Shown piece after piece: positions 20,401 to 29,968 of a stretch of DNA of 64,000 nt. The notes under the pieces are model-generated. The model searched no databases and was not told the DNA's origin. It worked only from the letters and a program-made list of their open reading frames with translations. The first letter of the stretch is position 1; each line of letters starts with the position of its first letter. The DNA comes from Candidatus Latescibacterota bacterium (GTDB lineage Bacteria > Latescibacterota > UBA2968 > GCA-2709665): contig OZ250150.1 of NCBI GenBank assembly GCA_965237675.1, positions 4,288,001 to 4,352,000 of the forward strand. The letters are read 5' to 3'. Both the position numbers and the translations under genes were made by a program.

Positions 20401-22024
20401 GTACTGGGCGCCGCTGGAGGAATCCGTTCTGGACTACGCTCACGCCAACTTCGGAAGGGAAGCCGTCGTGGCGGCACGGAGCTGGTACGCCTCCAAGGAA
20501 AAGAAGGCGATCCAGGTCGTATCGGACAGCGCATCCGCCAACGCGCTGGGCATAGTCGGTCTGACCTCGGAGGAGACCGAAGTCATCGGGATTCAAAGCT
20601 GTCTGTCCGCGGGTCGGTGGTTTCGGCCGGGCGAACGAAACGTCGCCGTGTTGCCTGAGGCCATGGCGAAACTCCTGAAGATCAGCGAATCCGATGTCGG
20701 GCACACTCAGGTACGCCTCTTTGGGGAGCATTTCACGGTCGTCGGACTGATCAACGCAGAGCGCATGAAAGATCTCGACGACCTCGACGGCGAGCCCCTC
20801 ACGCCCGCCGATTTTGTCCTGACCGACGAGAACGTCTTCATGCAGATGGCCCAACAGGAAAAACGCGAAAAGGCGGGCCTTGAACAAACCGACGTCGAAA
20901 TCATGGAATTCGAACACCTCGACCCGGCAAACGTCATGGTGGTCCCTTACCAGACCCTCAGGGAGGTCAGCAGCCCGCTTCAGGCGATTGCCATCCGGTT
21001 TCGGGATCCGACGGTGGTCGAACAACGAGTGGTAGACTTTATCTCCCGGCTTTCCGTCGTCCTCTTCGCGGGGATACCCGAAGTCTCGCCCGAGGGAAAG
21101 ATCGGGCGCATTTCCGTTTCCGTCTACTCCTCGTTCGGGCACGCGTCGCCGCAAGGCCTGAGCAACCTCTTCATTCCCATCGCCATTGCCGCCCTGATCG
21201 TGTTGAACACCATGATGGGGTCCGTGTACGAGCGGTTCCGTGAAATCGGCATCTATTCGTCGGTCGGTCTGGCGCCCGTACACATCGCCTTTCTGTTCCT
21301 GGCCGAGTCCTGCGTATACGCGGTACTCGGCGCGGTATCCGGTTATCTACTTGCGCAGGGCGTGTCCAAAGTCCTTCTCTGGCAAGGGCTTCTACAGGGC
21401 ATCACGGTGAATTACTCCTCCGTGTCGGCCATGGCCTCCTCCACACTTGTTATGCTTGTGGTGATCCTGTCCACCGTCTACCCCGCCCGGCGGGCTTCCC
21501 AGTTGGCCGTTCCGGACATCACACGGCGCTGGAAACTCCCCGAACCGGATGCGGACCGCTGGCATTTTGAATTCCCGTTCACCATATCGGGCAACGAGGT
21601 CCTGGGTCTGTTCACCTTTCTCACCAGATATTTCGACTTCCATACGGAAAGTTCGATGGGTAATTTCTTCACCCACGGCGCCGACCTATCCACGCATGAC
21701 GCAGAAAGCGGTAGGGGATATCGGATAGAAACGACCATATGGCTGGCGCCTTTCGATCTCGGCGTCAGCCAGACCATCCGCCTGGCGTCCATGCCCACGG
21801 GAAACTTCGACATCCACGCCCTCGAAATTACGATTGACCGGCTTTCGGGCGACGTCTCCTCGTGGAAACGATGCAACCAGCGCTTTGTGAACCAGGTCCG
21901 AAAACAGTTTCTCATCTGGCGTACCATTCCGGAAGAAAGCAAGCGTCAATACGGCACCGAGGGCAGTGAACTGATCGAGCAGGGACAGGCGTCCGCTCTG
22001 CAGCCAACTGAGGAGAACGTCTGA
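17486..22024 (+). CDS. M28-peptidase-fold + FtsX/MacB-type ABC permease fusion protein
   Basis: RVVGYPGH, NIIG, AYYD..PGAEQASG..ALLE (M28-like); NMKKRKLRTLLT and SVYERFREIGIYSSVGLAP..IAFLFLAE (FtsX). Confidence 0.85.
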   Translation: MAHKNIAIGLFILIAFLTLTLVSPQALTDRLFDWFNIRYPELPPTRVSTGQQELADTIRDRISPADIESRLRRLSASGSRVVGYPGHRAASLYIQDEFKHVGLENVSVETYDVTSPVDKGGGLRIVGEPGIIPIHAVWPNLVRTSTLPGAGLRAPLIDAGAGEFVDFNGKEPGGSVVLMDFNSWNRWMNAPMLGARAIVFIAPDSTTTAEAEQKFFQVPLNAPRFWIGKSEGERLRRRLADGERMEVELTARMDWETHPTQNIIGWITGTDPQLRERVVLIDAYYDAMSAVPALAPGAEQASGIVALLEMAEYFKAHPPAHTILFLATSAHHLGFRGVCDFLRRHARKEEHFVALMTDPIDIRLWISLDLSSQSDQMAVWNGSTAFYYQRFFTPLGKRFTSLGADLAPAFGMDAKRSLVDGINPPSGMSWSMFIPGGNIKTDSQVVLTAGMPTLAFVTINDARFRVDTPFDTVEQLNLTNLTNQIRLLTAVLSRALDEPTFLPDYRVKMKDRMRALRGRLLTYPRRSITPDRPRKGAVAVLRMSHEKSVKGVRAIFYDQADENGEFYIPGLAVRWVGLDAYHLDPESGEITYASDRGQAARIYKPEFGMDWWVTRATRIMFPCVSTDFYETVDPRYLTKLTNLTIYGDGNTAPQEYGYTLGYGPNEPVGVVFTRPGVKLKLTMQSRGIGIRYLLLNATDTTSVEAARKSGFVASTHGAITHTAYQAAKDMWILDHARMRELHEYGIENDRLTDLHDRAREHLDQADAARQQLRWDDFVRHSRAALGLESRAYPDVKGTQNDVIRGIIFFMALVLPCAFFGERLIFTAVDIRWQIAGSAGIFLVIWIFLWVVHPAFDLSNPFVILLAFVLLCLATFVISLVFSRFNSQMRNLRTEAAIIHDVDVGRISASLAAFHLGIANMKKRKLRTLLTFSTLVLLTFTVLSFTSIKSQLSYHQIKRNNLGQYPGMLIRSKYWAPLEESVLDYAHANFGREAVVAARSWYASKEKKAIQVVSDSASANALGIVGLTSEETEVIGIQSCLSAGRWFRPGERNVAVLPEAMAKLLKISESDVGHTQVRLFGEHFTVVGLINAERMKDLDDLDGEPLTPADFVLTDENVFMQMAQQEKREKAGLEQTDVEIMEFEHLDPANVMVVPYQTLREVSSPLQAIAIRFRDPTVVEQRVVDFISRLSVVLFAGIPEVSPEGKIGRISVSVYSSFGHASPQGLSNLFIPIAIAALIVLNTMMGSVYERFREIGIYSSVGLAPVHIAFLFLAESCVYAVLGAVSGYLLAQGVSKVLLWQGLLQGITVNYSSVSAMASSTLVMLVVILSTVYPARRASQLAVPDITRRWKLPEPDADRWHFEFPFTISGNEVLGLFTFLTRYFDFHTESSMGNFFTHGADLSTHDAESGRGYRIETTIWLAPFDLGVSQTIRLASMPTGNFDIHALEITIDRLSGDVSSWKRCNQRFVNQVRKQFLIWRTIPEESKRQYGTEGSELIEQGQASALQPTEENV

Positions 22025-22113
22025 TGCGTATACGCTTCGTCCTCACGTCCCAGGCGTCCGCCACTCCCCAGGGCTCGGCGAACAGGTACACGCACGTGCA
22101 ACGGGAACCCTGA
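22024..22113 (+). CDS. Putative 29-aa leader/uORF (MRIRFVLTSQASATPQGSANRYTHVQREP)
   Basis: GAGGAG RBS; TGATG overlap with upstream stop; same frame as and 3 nt before the speD start. Confidence 0.35.
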   Translation: MRIRFVLTSQASATPQGSANRYTHVQREP

Positions 22114-22116
22114 ACT

Positions 22117-23424
22117 GTGCCTCTGGGGCGACACATTCTGGTGGAACTCTACGGGTCTCCCGCATCCGTACTGGACGACGTCATCCGCATCGAGGCGTGC
22201 ATGGTCCGCGCGGCTCGCGCGGCGAACGCCACAATTATCAACTCCTCCTTCCACCGTTTCTCACCCTACGGCGTCTCTGGCGTTGTTGTCATCCACGAAA
22301 GCCACCTGTCCATCCACACCTGGCCCGAGCATGGATTCTCGGCCGTCGACCTGTTCACCTGCGGCGACACGATCAACCCGTGGACGGCATACGAAACGCT
22401 GAAGTCGGACCTGAAGGCCACCCACGGAACAACCCGTGAAATTGACCGCGGACAACTCAACGCCCCGGCCCAGACCGGCACGTTTTCGACACAGGCGGCC
22501 TCCGAAGCGCCTCCGGAGCACATCCGTAATCTGTGGTTTACCAGAAGAGAAGAACACATCGCCCTATCGCTCAGGCACGCCGGCGCGCTTTTTCAGCAAC
22601 AGTCGCCTCATCAGAAGATCGAAGTCCTCGACACCTACGGGTACGGTAAAATGCTGGTGATCGACGGGGCCGTTACGTGCACGGAACACGACGAACACAT
22701 CTACCACGAAATGATCGTCCATGTACCCATGCAAACCCACCCCGATGCGAGGCGGGCCCTGGTCATCGGGGGCGGCGACGGAGGGGCTGTTCGGGAACTG
22801 ATGCGTTACGATCGGATCGAGCAGGTTGTCGTGGTTGAACTCGACGCCACAGTTGTCGAAGCCTGCAGGCAGCACTTCCCCGCCCTCGCTCGGGCTTTCG
22901 ACGATCCCAGGCTCTCGCTTCATATTGCCGATGGCTTCGCCTACATCCAAACCTGCCCCGTCGAATCCTTCGACCTGGTTATTGTGGATGTCGCGAATCC
23001 CTCCGGCGGGTCCCGGCATCTCTTTTCCGAACGATTCTACCGGCGCGTCCACGAAAGCCTTCGGCCCGTTGGCGTCATGGTCGCCCAGACCGAACCTCCC
23101 GCCCTCAACAGCGAGACGTTCGCGACAATATACAAACGCCAGGAGGCGGTATTCGGCACCGAATACGTCCACTGCTACCTCGCCTACATCCCCACCTATA
23201 CAACCGGGTTGCTCAGCTTCTCCTATGCCGCAAAGGGGTGCGTGGACCCGCTGGACGCCCTCGACATGCTGAATGCCCGCCAATTCTCGCAAGCACACGG
23301 CTTGCAATACTACAACGACGAGATTCACAAAGCGGCTTTTGTCCTTCCCACCTTTCTCAGACGTCTTCTGCGAGACGAAACGCCATCGCCGGGGTGTTCC
23401 GAACGCCGAGAGATCCACGGGTGA
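22117..23424 (+). CDS. speD-speE: Fused S-adenosylmethionine decarboxylase proenzyme + polyamine aminopropyltransferase
   Basis: [28 protein letters not shown] (SpeD); [39 protein letters not shown] (SpeE). Confidence 0.92.
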   Translation: MPLGRHILVELYGSPASVLDDVIRIEACMVRAARAANATIINSSFHRFSPYGVSGVVVIHESHLSIHTWPEHGFSAVDLFTCGDTINPWTAYETLKSDLKATHGTTREIDRGQLNAPAQTGTFSTQAASEAPPEHIRNLWFTRREEHIALSLRHAGALFQQQSPHQKIEVLDTYGYGKMLVIDGAVTCTEHDEHIYHEMIVHVPMQTHPDARRALVIGGGDGGAVRELMRYDRIEQVVVVELDATVVEACRQHFPALARAFDDPRLSLHIADGFAYIQTCPVESFDLVIVDVANPSGGSRHLFSERFYRRVHESLRPVGVMVAQTEPPALNSETFATIYKRQEAVFGTEYVHCYLAYIPTYTTGLLSFSYAAKGCVDPLDALDMLNARQFSQAHGLQYYNDEIHKAAFVLPTFLRRLLRDETPSPGCSERREIHG

Positions 23425-23620
23425 CCGTCACGTAATCTCGCGGGAGTTGCATCCGGAATTTGCGGTGAACAACCGGATTTTTCCATCCTGGCGTCCCACC
23501 GAAGCCATTGGCCAATTGACCCGGGTTCGTTTACTTTCTTGTTGACAATGCGCTTGCTTGACCTTAGCTTCTGCGACAACCGCGATCCGCCATTCGCTGC
23601 AGAGAAGGAAAGGAAACGAC

Positions 23621-24166
23621 ATGGCAGACGACCAACCCGTAGAGATCCGCCCGGTTGACGCCACAGCCGGTAGAATCGGATTCGGCAAACGCCTCGGGGC
23701 ACTGATGATCGACCTCATTATTGTCTCCATCCTGGTATGGATTGTCGGATCCGTCACCGGTGAGCCGCCATCTGAGCGCGGTTCCGGATTACACGATCTA
23801 TCCAATCTGGCACAAATGGTGGCCGGCGTGGGTCTGGCTGTATCCCTTGTTCAACTCCTGTACTGGTTGATCGAGGGAATGACCGGCGCCTCGCCGGGCA
23901 AGATGATTCTCAAGATCCGAATCGGGGATGCGGGCGGCACAACGGCTGCCACAGGAACACTTATTCTGCGCATGGTTATCAAGCAGATCAACGTCGTTGC
24001 CGCGTTTCTCGTCGCGCTTACCGGGAGTCACCTGCTGGCGTGGGTCGGGGTGGTGGGATGGATCATCGTCGCTATCGGATGCTTCCTCGCCCTGGGCGCC
24101 GCCAGACAGGCGCTGCACGACAGAATTGTCCAGACCGCCGTGTTCCCGGCGGAAACGCGTGCCTGA
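23621..24166 (+). CDS. RDD family membrane protein
   Basis: FGKRLGALMIDL, GASPGKMILKIRI, RQALHDRIVQTAV. Confidence 0.88.
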   Translation: MADDQPVEIRPVDATAGRIGFGKRLGALMIDLIIVSILVWIVGSVTGEPPSERGSGLHDLSNLAQMVAGVGLAVSLVQLLYWLIEGMTGASPGKMILKIRIGDAGGTTAATGTLILRMVIKQINVVAAFLVALTGSHLLAWVGVVGWIIVAIGCFLALGAARQALHDRIVQTAVFPAETRA

Positions 24167-24228
24167 ACCGTTTCTCGATCCCGAAATTCTCCCTGAACGG
24201 CGTGTCATGGGAGAATTTTGTATACATT

Positions 24229-25002
24229 ATGGGAACAATCGGCGAATTGACATCCGCAGGGAAAGATCTCGTGCTGCGGTCACACACGGTCGATTCACTG
24301 AGCCGGGACCTGAGAAACCTCGGTATCGAGTCGGGCGATACGCTCTTCATACACTCTTCGTTCAAAAGCCTCGGACAGGTCGAAGGCGGTGCGTCCGCGG
24401 TTGTCCGGGCCCTGGAGAATGCGACGAATCCGGACGGCCTCATCCTGATGCCCTCGTTCAATCTCCTGGAGCATACCCGTTTGCGCGCCCAGACGTGGGA
24501 CCCGGAAACGACCCCCTCAACAGTGGGTTGGCTCACCGAATTTTTCCGCGCCATACCTGACACGTATCGCTCCGACCACTATTCCCATTCCGTCGCGGCC
24601 CGCGGCAGAAACGCCCGGGTGTTTGTCGGCGGCCATCGCGACAAAAAGGGGCGTTCTTCGCCCTGGGACCTCGATCCGTGGGGAACAACCTTCGGAGACA
24701 ACTCACCGATGGTTAAGGCGTACGAGTCGGACGGCAAACTCGTCATGCTGGGCGTCACCTACGACTCTTCAACGTATATTCACCTTGTTGAAGTCATCTG
24801 CTGGCACCGACGCCTCGAAAGCGATCCTGGCGCCAAATACGCATGGATCAACCGGACGGTGCTGGGCGCGTTCTGGGAAGAGAACGGCAAGCTCAATCGG
24901 GGACCGGTGGGCGATGCCGAGGGCCGACTCTTTTCCATAAGGACGTACGTCGATACCCTTGTCGCCGAAGTCGAACGCATGCCCGGGGCGTATTTGAAAT
25001 AG
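24229..25002 (+). CDS. AAC(3)/YokD-family N-acetyltransferase
   Basis: DLRNLGIESGDTLFIHSSFKSLG, LMPSF, RSDHYSHSVAA, MLGV..STYIHLVE. Confidence 0.85.
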   Translation: MGTIGELTSAGKDLVLRSHTVDSLSRDLRNLGIESGDTLFIHSSFKSLGQVEGGASAVVRALENATNPDGLILMPSFNLLEHTRLRAQTWDPETTPSTVGWLTEFFRAIPDTYRSDHYSHSVAARGRNARVFVGGHRDKKGRSSPWDLDPWGTTFGDNSPMVKAYESDGKLVMLGVTYDSSTYIHLVEVICWHRRLESDPGAKYAWINRTVLGAFWEENGKLNRGPVGDAEGRLFSIRTYVDTLVAEVERMPGAYLK

Positions 25003-25104
25003 GCGGGGCGTCGCTACGCGCAGCGCCGCCCCGCGTCCGGCGACGCCGTGGACGGGAAGGACCACGCTACACTGTCCGAAACCGAGACCGAAAAGGAGGC
25101 TGTC

Positions 25105-25353
25105 GTGACGTCGGTACAGGCCGCAACGCTGCGAAACGCCCTTGAAAACTTGATGGATGCCATCGGAAAAAAGGAACCGATCTCCGACCACCTGCTTAAT
25201 TTGTCCACACTCCAACGGAGACTCGCCCCCGTCACATCCCCGCACCTGAAACATTTTCTTCAGAACAGAAGTTATACAAAGGCACTCGAATACCTCCGGA
25301 ACGGCGTCGTCATCGAGGACCCGCAACGCCCCGACTGCGACGACGACGGATAA
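25105..25353 (+). CDS. Small conserved hypothetical protein
   Basis: RBS AAGGAGG before GTG; LKHFLQNRSYTKALEYL motif. Confidence 0.6.
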   Translation: MTSVQAATLRNALENLMDAIGKKEPISDHLLNLSTLQRRLAPVTSPHLKHFLQNRSYTKALEYLRNGVVIEDPQRPDCDDDG

Positions 25354-25499
25354 CTCCGGATTTTCGACGAAAGCCTCTTCCTCGGATCCGGATATCAATT
25401 CAGGGACGGTTAACCGCCTCGCCTGGTCGATTTCCGAGCCGGTCGACCGGAATTCGCCCGTACCCGCCCGTCCATACCGCAATTCGGAAAGGTTTCGCC

Positions 25500-26294
25500 A
25501 TGGTCAATAGCATCCGTCGCCGGGCCCTGGACCGCGAAGTCGTTGCGGGCACGTTTTTGAACCTGGGTTCCACCATGACCGCCGAGATCGCCGGCAAGAG
25601 CGGCCTGGATTGGGTTCTAATTGACATTGAACACGGGTCATCAGATCTCGAAACCCTGCGAGTCCAGCTTCAGATCGTCTCCGGTACCCCCGCCGTACCC
25701 ATTGTCCGCATTGCGGCCAACGAACCCCCCCGCTTCAAACGCGTGCTTGACATGGGCGCATCCGGTGTTATGGTTCCGTATGTAAGCACGGCGTCCGAAG
25801 CCGAACAGGCGGTGGCCTCGACCCGATATCCTCCCCGGGGGTTTCGGGGCGTTGCCAAGTTGAACCGGGGGAGCGACTTCGGCCGGGACTTCGATGAATA
25901 TTTCGAAAGGTCCCACGAACTCCTTCTCACCGTCGTACAAATCGAAACTCCGGAAGCGGTAACCTGCATTGACGAAATTGCGTCCGTGGACGGCGTGGAC
26001 GTCTTGTTCATTGGCCCCCTCGACCTCAGCGTCAACTTGGGCATACCGCAGCAATTCAACCATCCCAGATTTCTGGACGCCAGAGCGAGGGTCTCCGAAG
26101 CCGCCAGGAGAGCGGGCAAAGCCGCGGGAATCCTGTTGCTGGATCCCGACCATCTCGAATCCACGGTACGGGACGGGTTCACCTTTATTGCGCTCGGCTC
26201 GGACGGCGGTCTCGTGGCAGCCGGCATGCAGAACATCGCTGTGGCATTCGACCCCCATAAACCGGGCGCCGTGAGTACGGCCGACCGGCGTTGA
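25500..26294 (+). CDS. HpcH/HpaI-family aldolase (GarL/RhmA-like)
   Basis: LDWVLIDIEHG, KRVLDMGA, RYPPRGFRG, VQIET, LFIGPLDLS. Confidence 0.92.
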   Translation: MVNSIRRRALDREVVAGTFLNLGSTMTAEIAGKSGLDWVLIDIEHGSSDLETLRVQLQIVSGTPAVPIVRIAANEPPRFKRVLDMGASGVMVPYVSTASEAEQAVASTRYPPRGFRGVAKLNRGSDFGRDFDEYFERSHELLLTVVQIETPEAVTCIDEIASVDGVDVLFIGPLDLSVNLGIPQQFNHPRFLDARARVSEAARRAGKAAGILLLDPDHLESTVRDGFTFIALGSDGGLVAAGMQNIAVAFDPHKPGAVSTADRR

Positions 26295-26393
26295 TTCCGC
26301 CAATCAGTACGTGCGACATCTAACGCCGAGGCGGTACCGGGAATCGACATCTATCCCGCGACCGTGGCATTCCACCCACGAAGAACGTCAAAC

Positions 26394-27344
26394 ATGAGCG
26401 ACCGCCGCACACTTCGGGAATCGATGAACGCGCGTGGAGTTTACGTCTTCGTGATGACACCCATGAAAACCGTCCTGAATCGACAGGGCAGACATCGGAT
26501 CGACACGGTGGGCATGGAAACGAACGCGCGTTATTTTGCCGGGATCAAGGGCCGGAAAACCCTCGTTATCTGCGGCGGATCGGGTGAATTCTACGCCCTG
26601 TCGCCATCCGAAGTCAGAGACCTCGCTGCCGCCGCGGTCGCAGGTGCTCAGGGAAAATGCAAAATTGTATGCGGGATCGGCTGGAGCACAAAAACAGCCG
26701 TGAAGATGGCGAAAAACGCCCAGAACGTCGGCTGCGACGCCCTGCTTGTCATGCCGCACGACCCGGTCGTCACACGTGGGGAAGGGGCAATCTGGCGACA
26801 TCATCGGGCAATCGCAACAGCCGTGGATATCGGCATCATTCCCTTCCGCGCGCCCCGGCAACTCCTCTCGATAGATCTTGTGAAGCGATTTTCAATGCTC
26901 GAAAAGGTCGTCGCCATCAAGGAGGAGAGCAATGCCGTCGACTGGGTGCGTACCGGCTGCCTGGCCGTGGGAAAGGGCGTACCCATCATCACCGGGGGCG
27001 GCGAGAACATGGCGCCCTATTACTATCTCGCGGGCGCCAGGGGGTTCACTTCGGGGATGGCCAACCTCACCCTGCCGATGTCCATCAGCATGCACAACGC
27101 CGGCATTCGGCGTCGCTGGAAGACAGCGATGGAACTGCGCGACTATTTCGAGCCGCTGGCTTCGTTACGCGGAGAACTCGGCACGCCCATGCTCAAAGCC
27201 GGGCTGGAAATGATGGGTCTTGCCGGCGGGCCCCTGAGGGACACGCCACAGGCGCAATCTTCCGGTGCTCCGTCCGGCAATTCGCTCACCGCAAAAGACC
27301 GCTCCCGGGTTCGAAACCTGCTAAAGAAAAAGGGGGTGCTGTGA
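26394..27344 (+). CDS. DapA/NAL-family protein (5-dehydro-4-deoxyglucarate dehydratase-like)
   Basis: CGGSGEFYALS, DALLVMP, VVAIKE Schiff-base Lys, LKAGLEMMG. Confidence 0.82.
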   Translation: MSDRRTLRESMNARGVYVFVMTPMKTVLNRQGRHRIDTVGMETNARYFAGIKGRKTLVICGGSGEFYALSPSEVRDLAAAAVAGAQGKCKIVCGIGWSTKTAVKMAKNAQNVGCDALLVMPHDPVVTRGEGAIWRHHRAIATAVDIGIIPFRAPRQLLSIDLVKRFSMLEKVVAIKEESNAVDWVRTGCLAVGKGVPIITGGGENMAPYYYLAGARGFTSGMANLTLPMSISMHNAGIRRRWKTAMELRDYFEPLASLRGELGTPMLKAGLEMMGLAGGPLRDTPQAQSSGAPSGNSLTAKDRSRVRNLLKKKGVL

Positions 27345-27422
27345 GCCCGGCTCCCCCTGGTCCGACGCCCTCACTCTGGTGAGGGAACATCAACACGCAT
27401 AATTTTAATCAGCCACCGCCGA

Positions 27423-27755
27423 TCAGTTCCCCGATCGCGATCCTGACGCGGACAGCCTTCCTTCCCCGTCGAAGTGCATCTCTACCGCTTCACCCGAAAT
27501 CTCCACGTCCGGCAACGCCGAAAGCTCTTCGAGCAATGACTCTGATGCCCAGAGATGCTCCAGTTGCAGCGTCGAACGTATCCGCATCACCCTCGCGTCC
27601 TGCGTCCGGTCTCTCCCCGACACGCCAAGAGCGATCTCGATTGCCTCCCTGTCGCTTTCACCCACGATGGGTATATATCCGCGGTTCAGGAATGTCGTGG
27701 TCATTGCGTTGGCATACGTCGCCTTGAAGTCAATATTGTCCACAAGCCGGCGCGT
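27423..27755 (-). pseudogene. C-terminal remnant of a DUF2088/LarA-domain-associated protein
   Basis: TRRLVDNIDFKATYANAMT...IP...SDREAI...RIRSTL.LEHLWASE; N-terminal part absent. Confidence 0.6.
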
Positions 27756-27859
27756 TGGGGCAGTGACAAGCGGACTCGGGCTACGGGATCGGATACCCCC
27801 CGCCGGAGCCGGCGCGTACGGAGGCCTGAGGATCCCAACCCATCGGTCTCAGGGTCGAA

Positions 27860-28708
27860 TTACGATAACTGGAACACCGCTTCCGCATTTTTCGACGTGA
27901 TGCGCTCGCGGGAATCTTTGGACAGATCGGCTTCCCGGATATAATCCAGCAGGGGCGGGGTGCCGACGATCGAACAGGCAGGCATTGGCCGCGTGTGGAT
28001 GGTGTCTGTAGCGAACATCAACCGATGCTTCCAACGCTTCAGGAACTTCAGCCCAAATACCGGATCCCGCGTAATGGCGTTATAACCCGACTGTGCTGAG
28101 AGGTCCGCGTACAGGTTTGGATACTTTCGAAACAGCGCTTCCAGACGTCCGCCAGGCGCCACCGGTCCCCGCGGATAGCGCACGCCCGGCCTGATCTCCC
28201 CGGAGATCTCCCGCCAGAAATATTGCGCGTGTCCCACCCATTTTACATTCCCGTACGTCTTCACCATCCGCTCAAAACCGGGCAATCCGGTGTCGTCCCT
28301 GTTGATCCAATGGTCGATATGCATAACGACTGCCAACGCCAGCCGGTCGCACGCCTCGTACACGCGCTGCTGCATCGGATCGTCCACCGGGAGGCCGCAC
28401 AGATTCTCCCCATATCCCACGCAGCCCCGGTCCATATAATGCTCGATGATCGGGTACGGATCGAATTTACCGGGGTATCGATGCCTTGGATCCACGGCAC
28501 ACAGCGGCAACAAACGATCCCGGTGCGGTCGGGTGAGCTTCAGCAACTCCTTCGTCGTCATGTAGAAGTCAAGCTCCTCGGGCACTTCCACTGCCATCAC
28601 GATCCCCTTTTCGATCCCGTGACGGTCCATCCAGCGCAACAGTCTGGCCGGGGTCAAGCCCGGATCCTCCCTGACGAGTTGTCCGAGATGCAAATGGGTA
28701 TCTATCAT
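27860..28708 (-). CDS. Amidohydrolase_2 family protein
   Basis: IDTHLH, GHAQ, NLYADLSA, RLMFATD, NAEAVF. Confidence 0.88.
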   Translation of the reverse strand: MIDTHLHLGQLVREDPGLTPARLLRWMDRHGIEKGIVMAVEVPEELDFYMTTKELLKLTRPHRDRLLPLCAVDPRHRYPGKFDPYPIIEHYMDRGCVGYGENLCGLPVDDPMQQRVYEACDRLALAVVMHIDHWINRDDTGLPGFERMVKTYGNVKWVGHAQYFWREISGEIRPGVRYPRGPVAPGGRLEALFRKYPNLYADLSAQSGYNAITRDPVFGLKFLKRWKHRLMFATDTIHTRPMPACSIVGTPPLLDYIREADLSKDSRERITSKNAEAVFQLS

Positions 28709-28888
28709 CGTCTACTCCTGCGCCAGCACCGACGGGTCCATTCAGGAAGGTCGCGATGCGGTATGCCAACGGTTTTATCTATAGAAGAACGTGTGTTTTC
28801 GGTTCAGACACGACACCCGACCGGGGGTCCGCAACGGATTTGCATCAACCCGGCGAATGCATTGCGCGCACAATGTATCGCAGACCCA

Positions 28889-29710
28889 TCAGATCCGGAA
28901 GACCTTCTCGGCATTTATCCGTGTAATTCGTTCGAACGCATCTTTCGACAGCGGCGCATTCCTGATGTAGTCGACAATTGGCGTTTCCTGCCCCGTGCTT
29001 AGATAGTCGGTAGCGAACATCAACCGATGTTTCCATCGCTTCAGGAACTTCACACCGAATTCCGGATCCCGCGTAATGGCCCCGTACCCTGAACCCGCGG
29101 ACAGGTCCGCGTACAGATTCCTGTACTTGCGAAACAGCGTCTCAACCCGGCCTCCGGGGGCCACCCTTCCATCGGGATAGCCCGCCCCTGCATCCACGTT
29201 CCCTGAAATCTCACGCCAGAAATGGGGTGAGTGACCGATGAATTTCACGTTCCTGTACGTCTTCAGCATGCGTTCAAACCCTGTGAGGCCGGGTTTGTCC
29301 CGATTTATCCAGGAATCGAAATGCATAACAATGGCAATTTTCAGCCGGTCGCACGCCTCGTAGACCCGTTGCTGCATCGGATCGTCCACCGGCAGTCCGC
29401 ACAAGTTCTCCCCGTAACCGACACACCCCTGATCCATGTAGCTCGCAATGATCGGGTACGGTTCAAACCGCCCCGGATAGCGGTGACGGGGATCTACGGC
29501 GCAAAGAGGCTTCAATCGGTCGCGATGGGGGCGCGTCATTCTCAGTAATTCCTTTGTTGTCACAAAGAAATCCAGTTCCTCCGGCACTTCCACCGCCATC
29601 ACCACCGCCTTTTCGATCCCCTGCCGATCCATCCAACGAAGCAGCCTGGATGGCGTCAATCCCGGGTTGTCAAATAAGAGTTGTCCCAAATGAACGTGTG
29701 TGTCGATCAT
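28889..29710 (-). CDS. Amidohydrolase_2 family protein (tandem paralog)
   Basis: IDTHVH, NLYADLSAGSG, RLMFATD; highly similar to 27860-28708. Confidence 0.88.
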   Translation of the reverse strand: MIDTHVHLGQLLFDNPGLTPSRLLRWMDRQGIEKAVVMAVEVPEELDFFVTTKELLRMTRPHRDRLKPLCAVDPRHRYPGRFEPYPIIASYMDQGCVGYGENLCGLPVDDPMQQRVYEACDRLKIAIVMHFDSWINRDKPGLTGFERMLKTYRNVKFIGHSPHFWREISGNVDAGAGYPDGRVAPGGRVETLFRKYRNLYADLSAGSGYGAITRDPEFGVKFLKRWKHRLMFATDYLSTGQETPIVDYIRNAPLSKDAFERITRINAEKVFRI

Positions 29711-29968
29711 CTCCCTTTCCTCCAAATGCTGGCCTGGTGCCACGGTCTCAGGCTGGAATTGCGACGATCGACCGCAATTCGGATGATCCGCCAAGTGCGT
29801 ATGTACGTATGAGTTGTTGTGTGCTGATTGCACTTCAGCGCCGAGACATCAGTGAACCCAGGAAACAAAAAAGCCGAAAGCCCACAAGACACGTCGGTGA
29901 TCGAACCGGAAAATTGGTCGCGCGCCGATGTCTGAGTCTGCGGCTATATGACGACTGCCGGAAGGGAG

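Noticed and set aside
22111-22113. Selenocysteine readthrough of the in-frame UGA before speD
   Set aside because: No clear bacterial SECIS hairpin and no conserved Cys position; SpeD homology starts after the stop.
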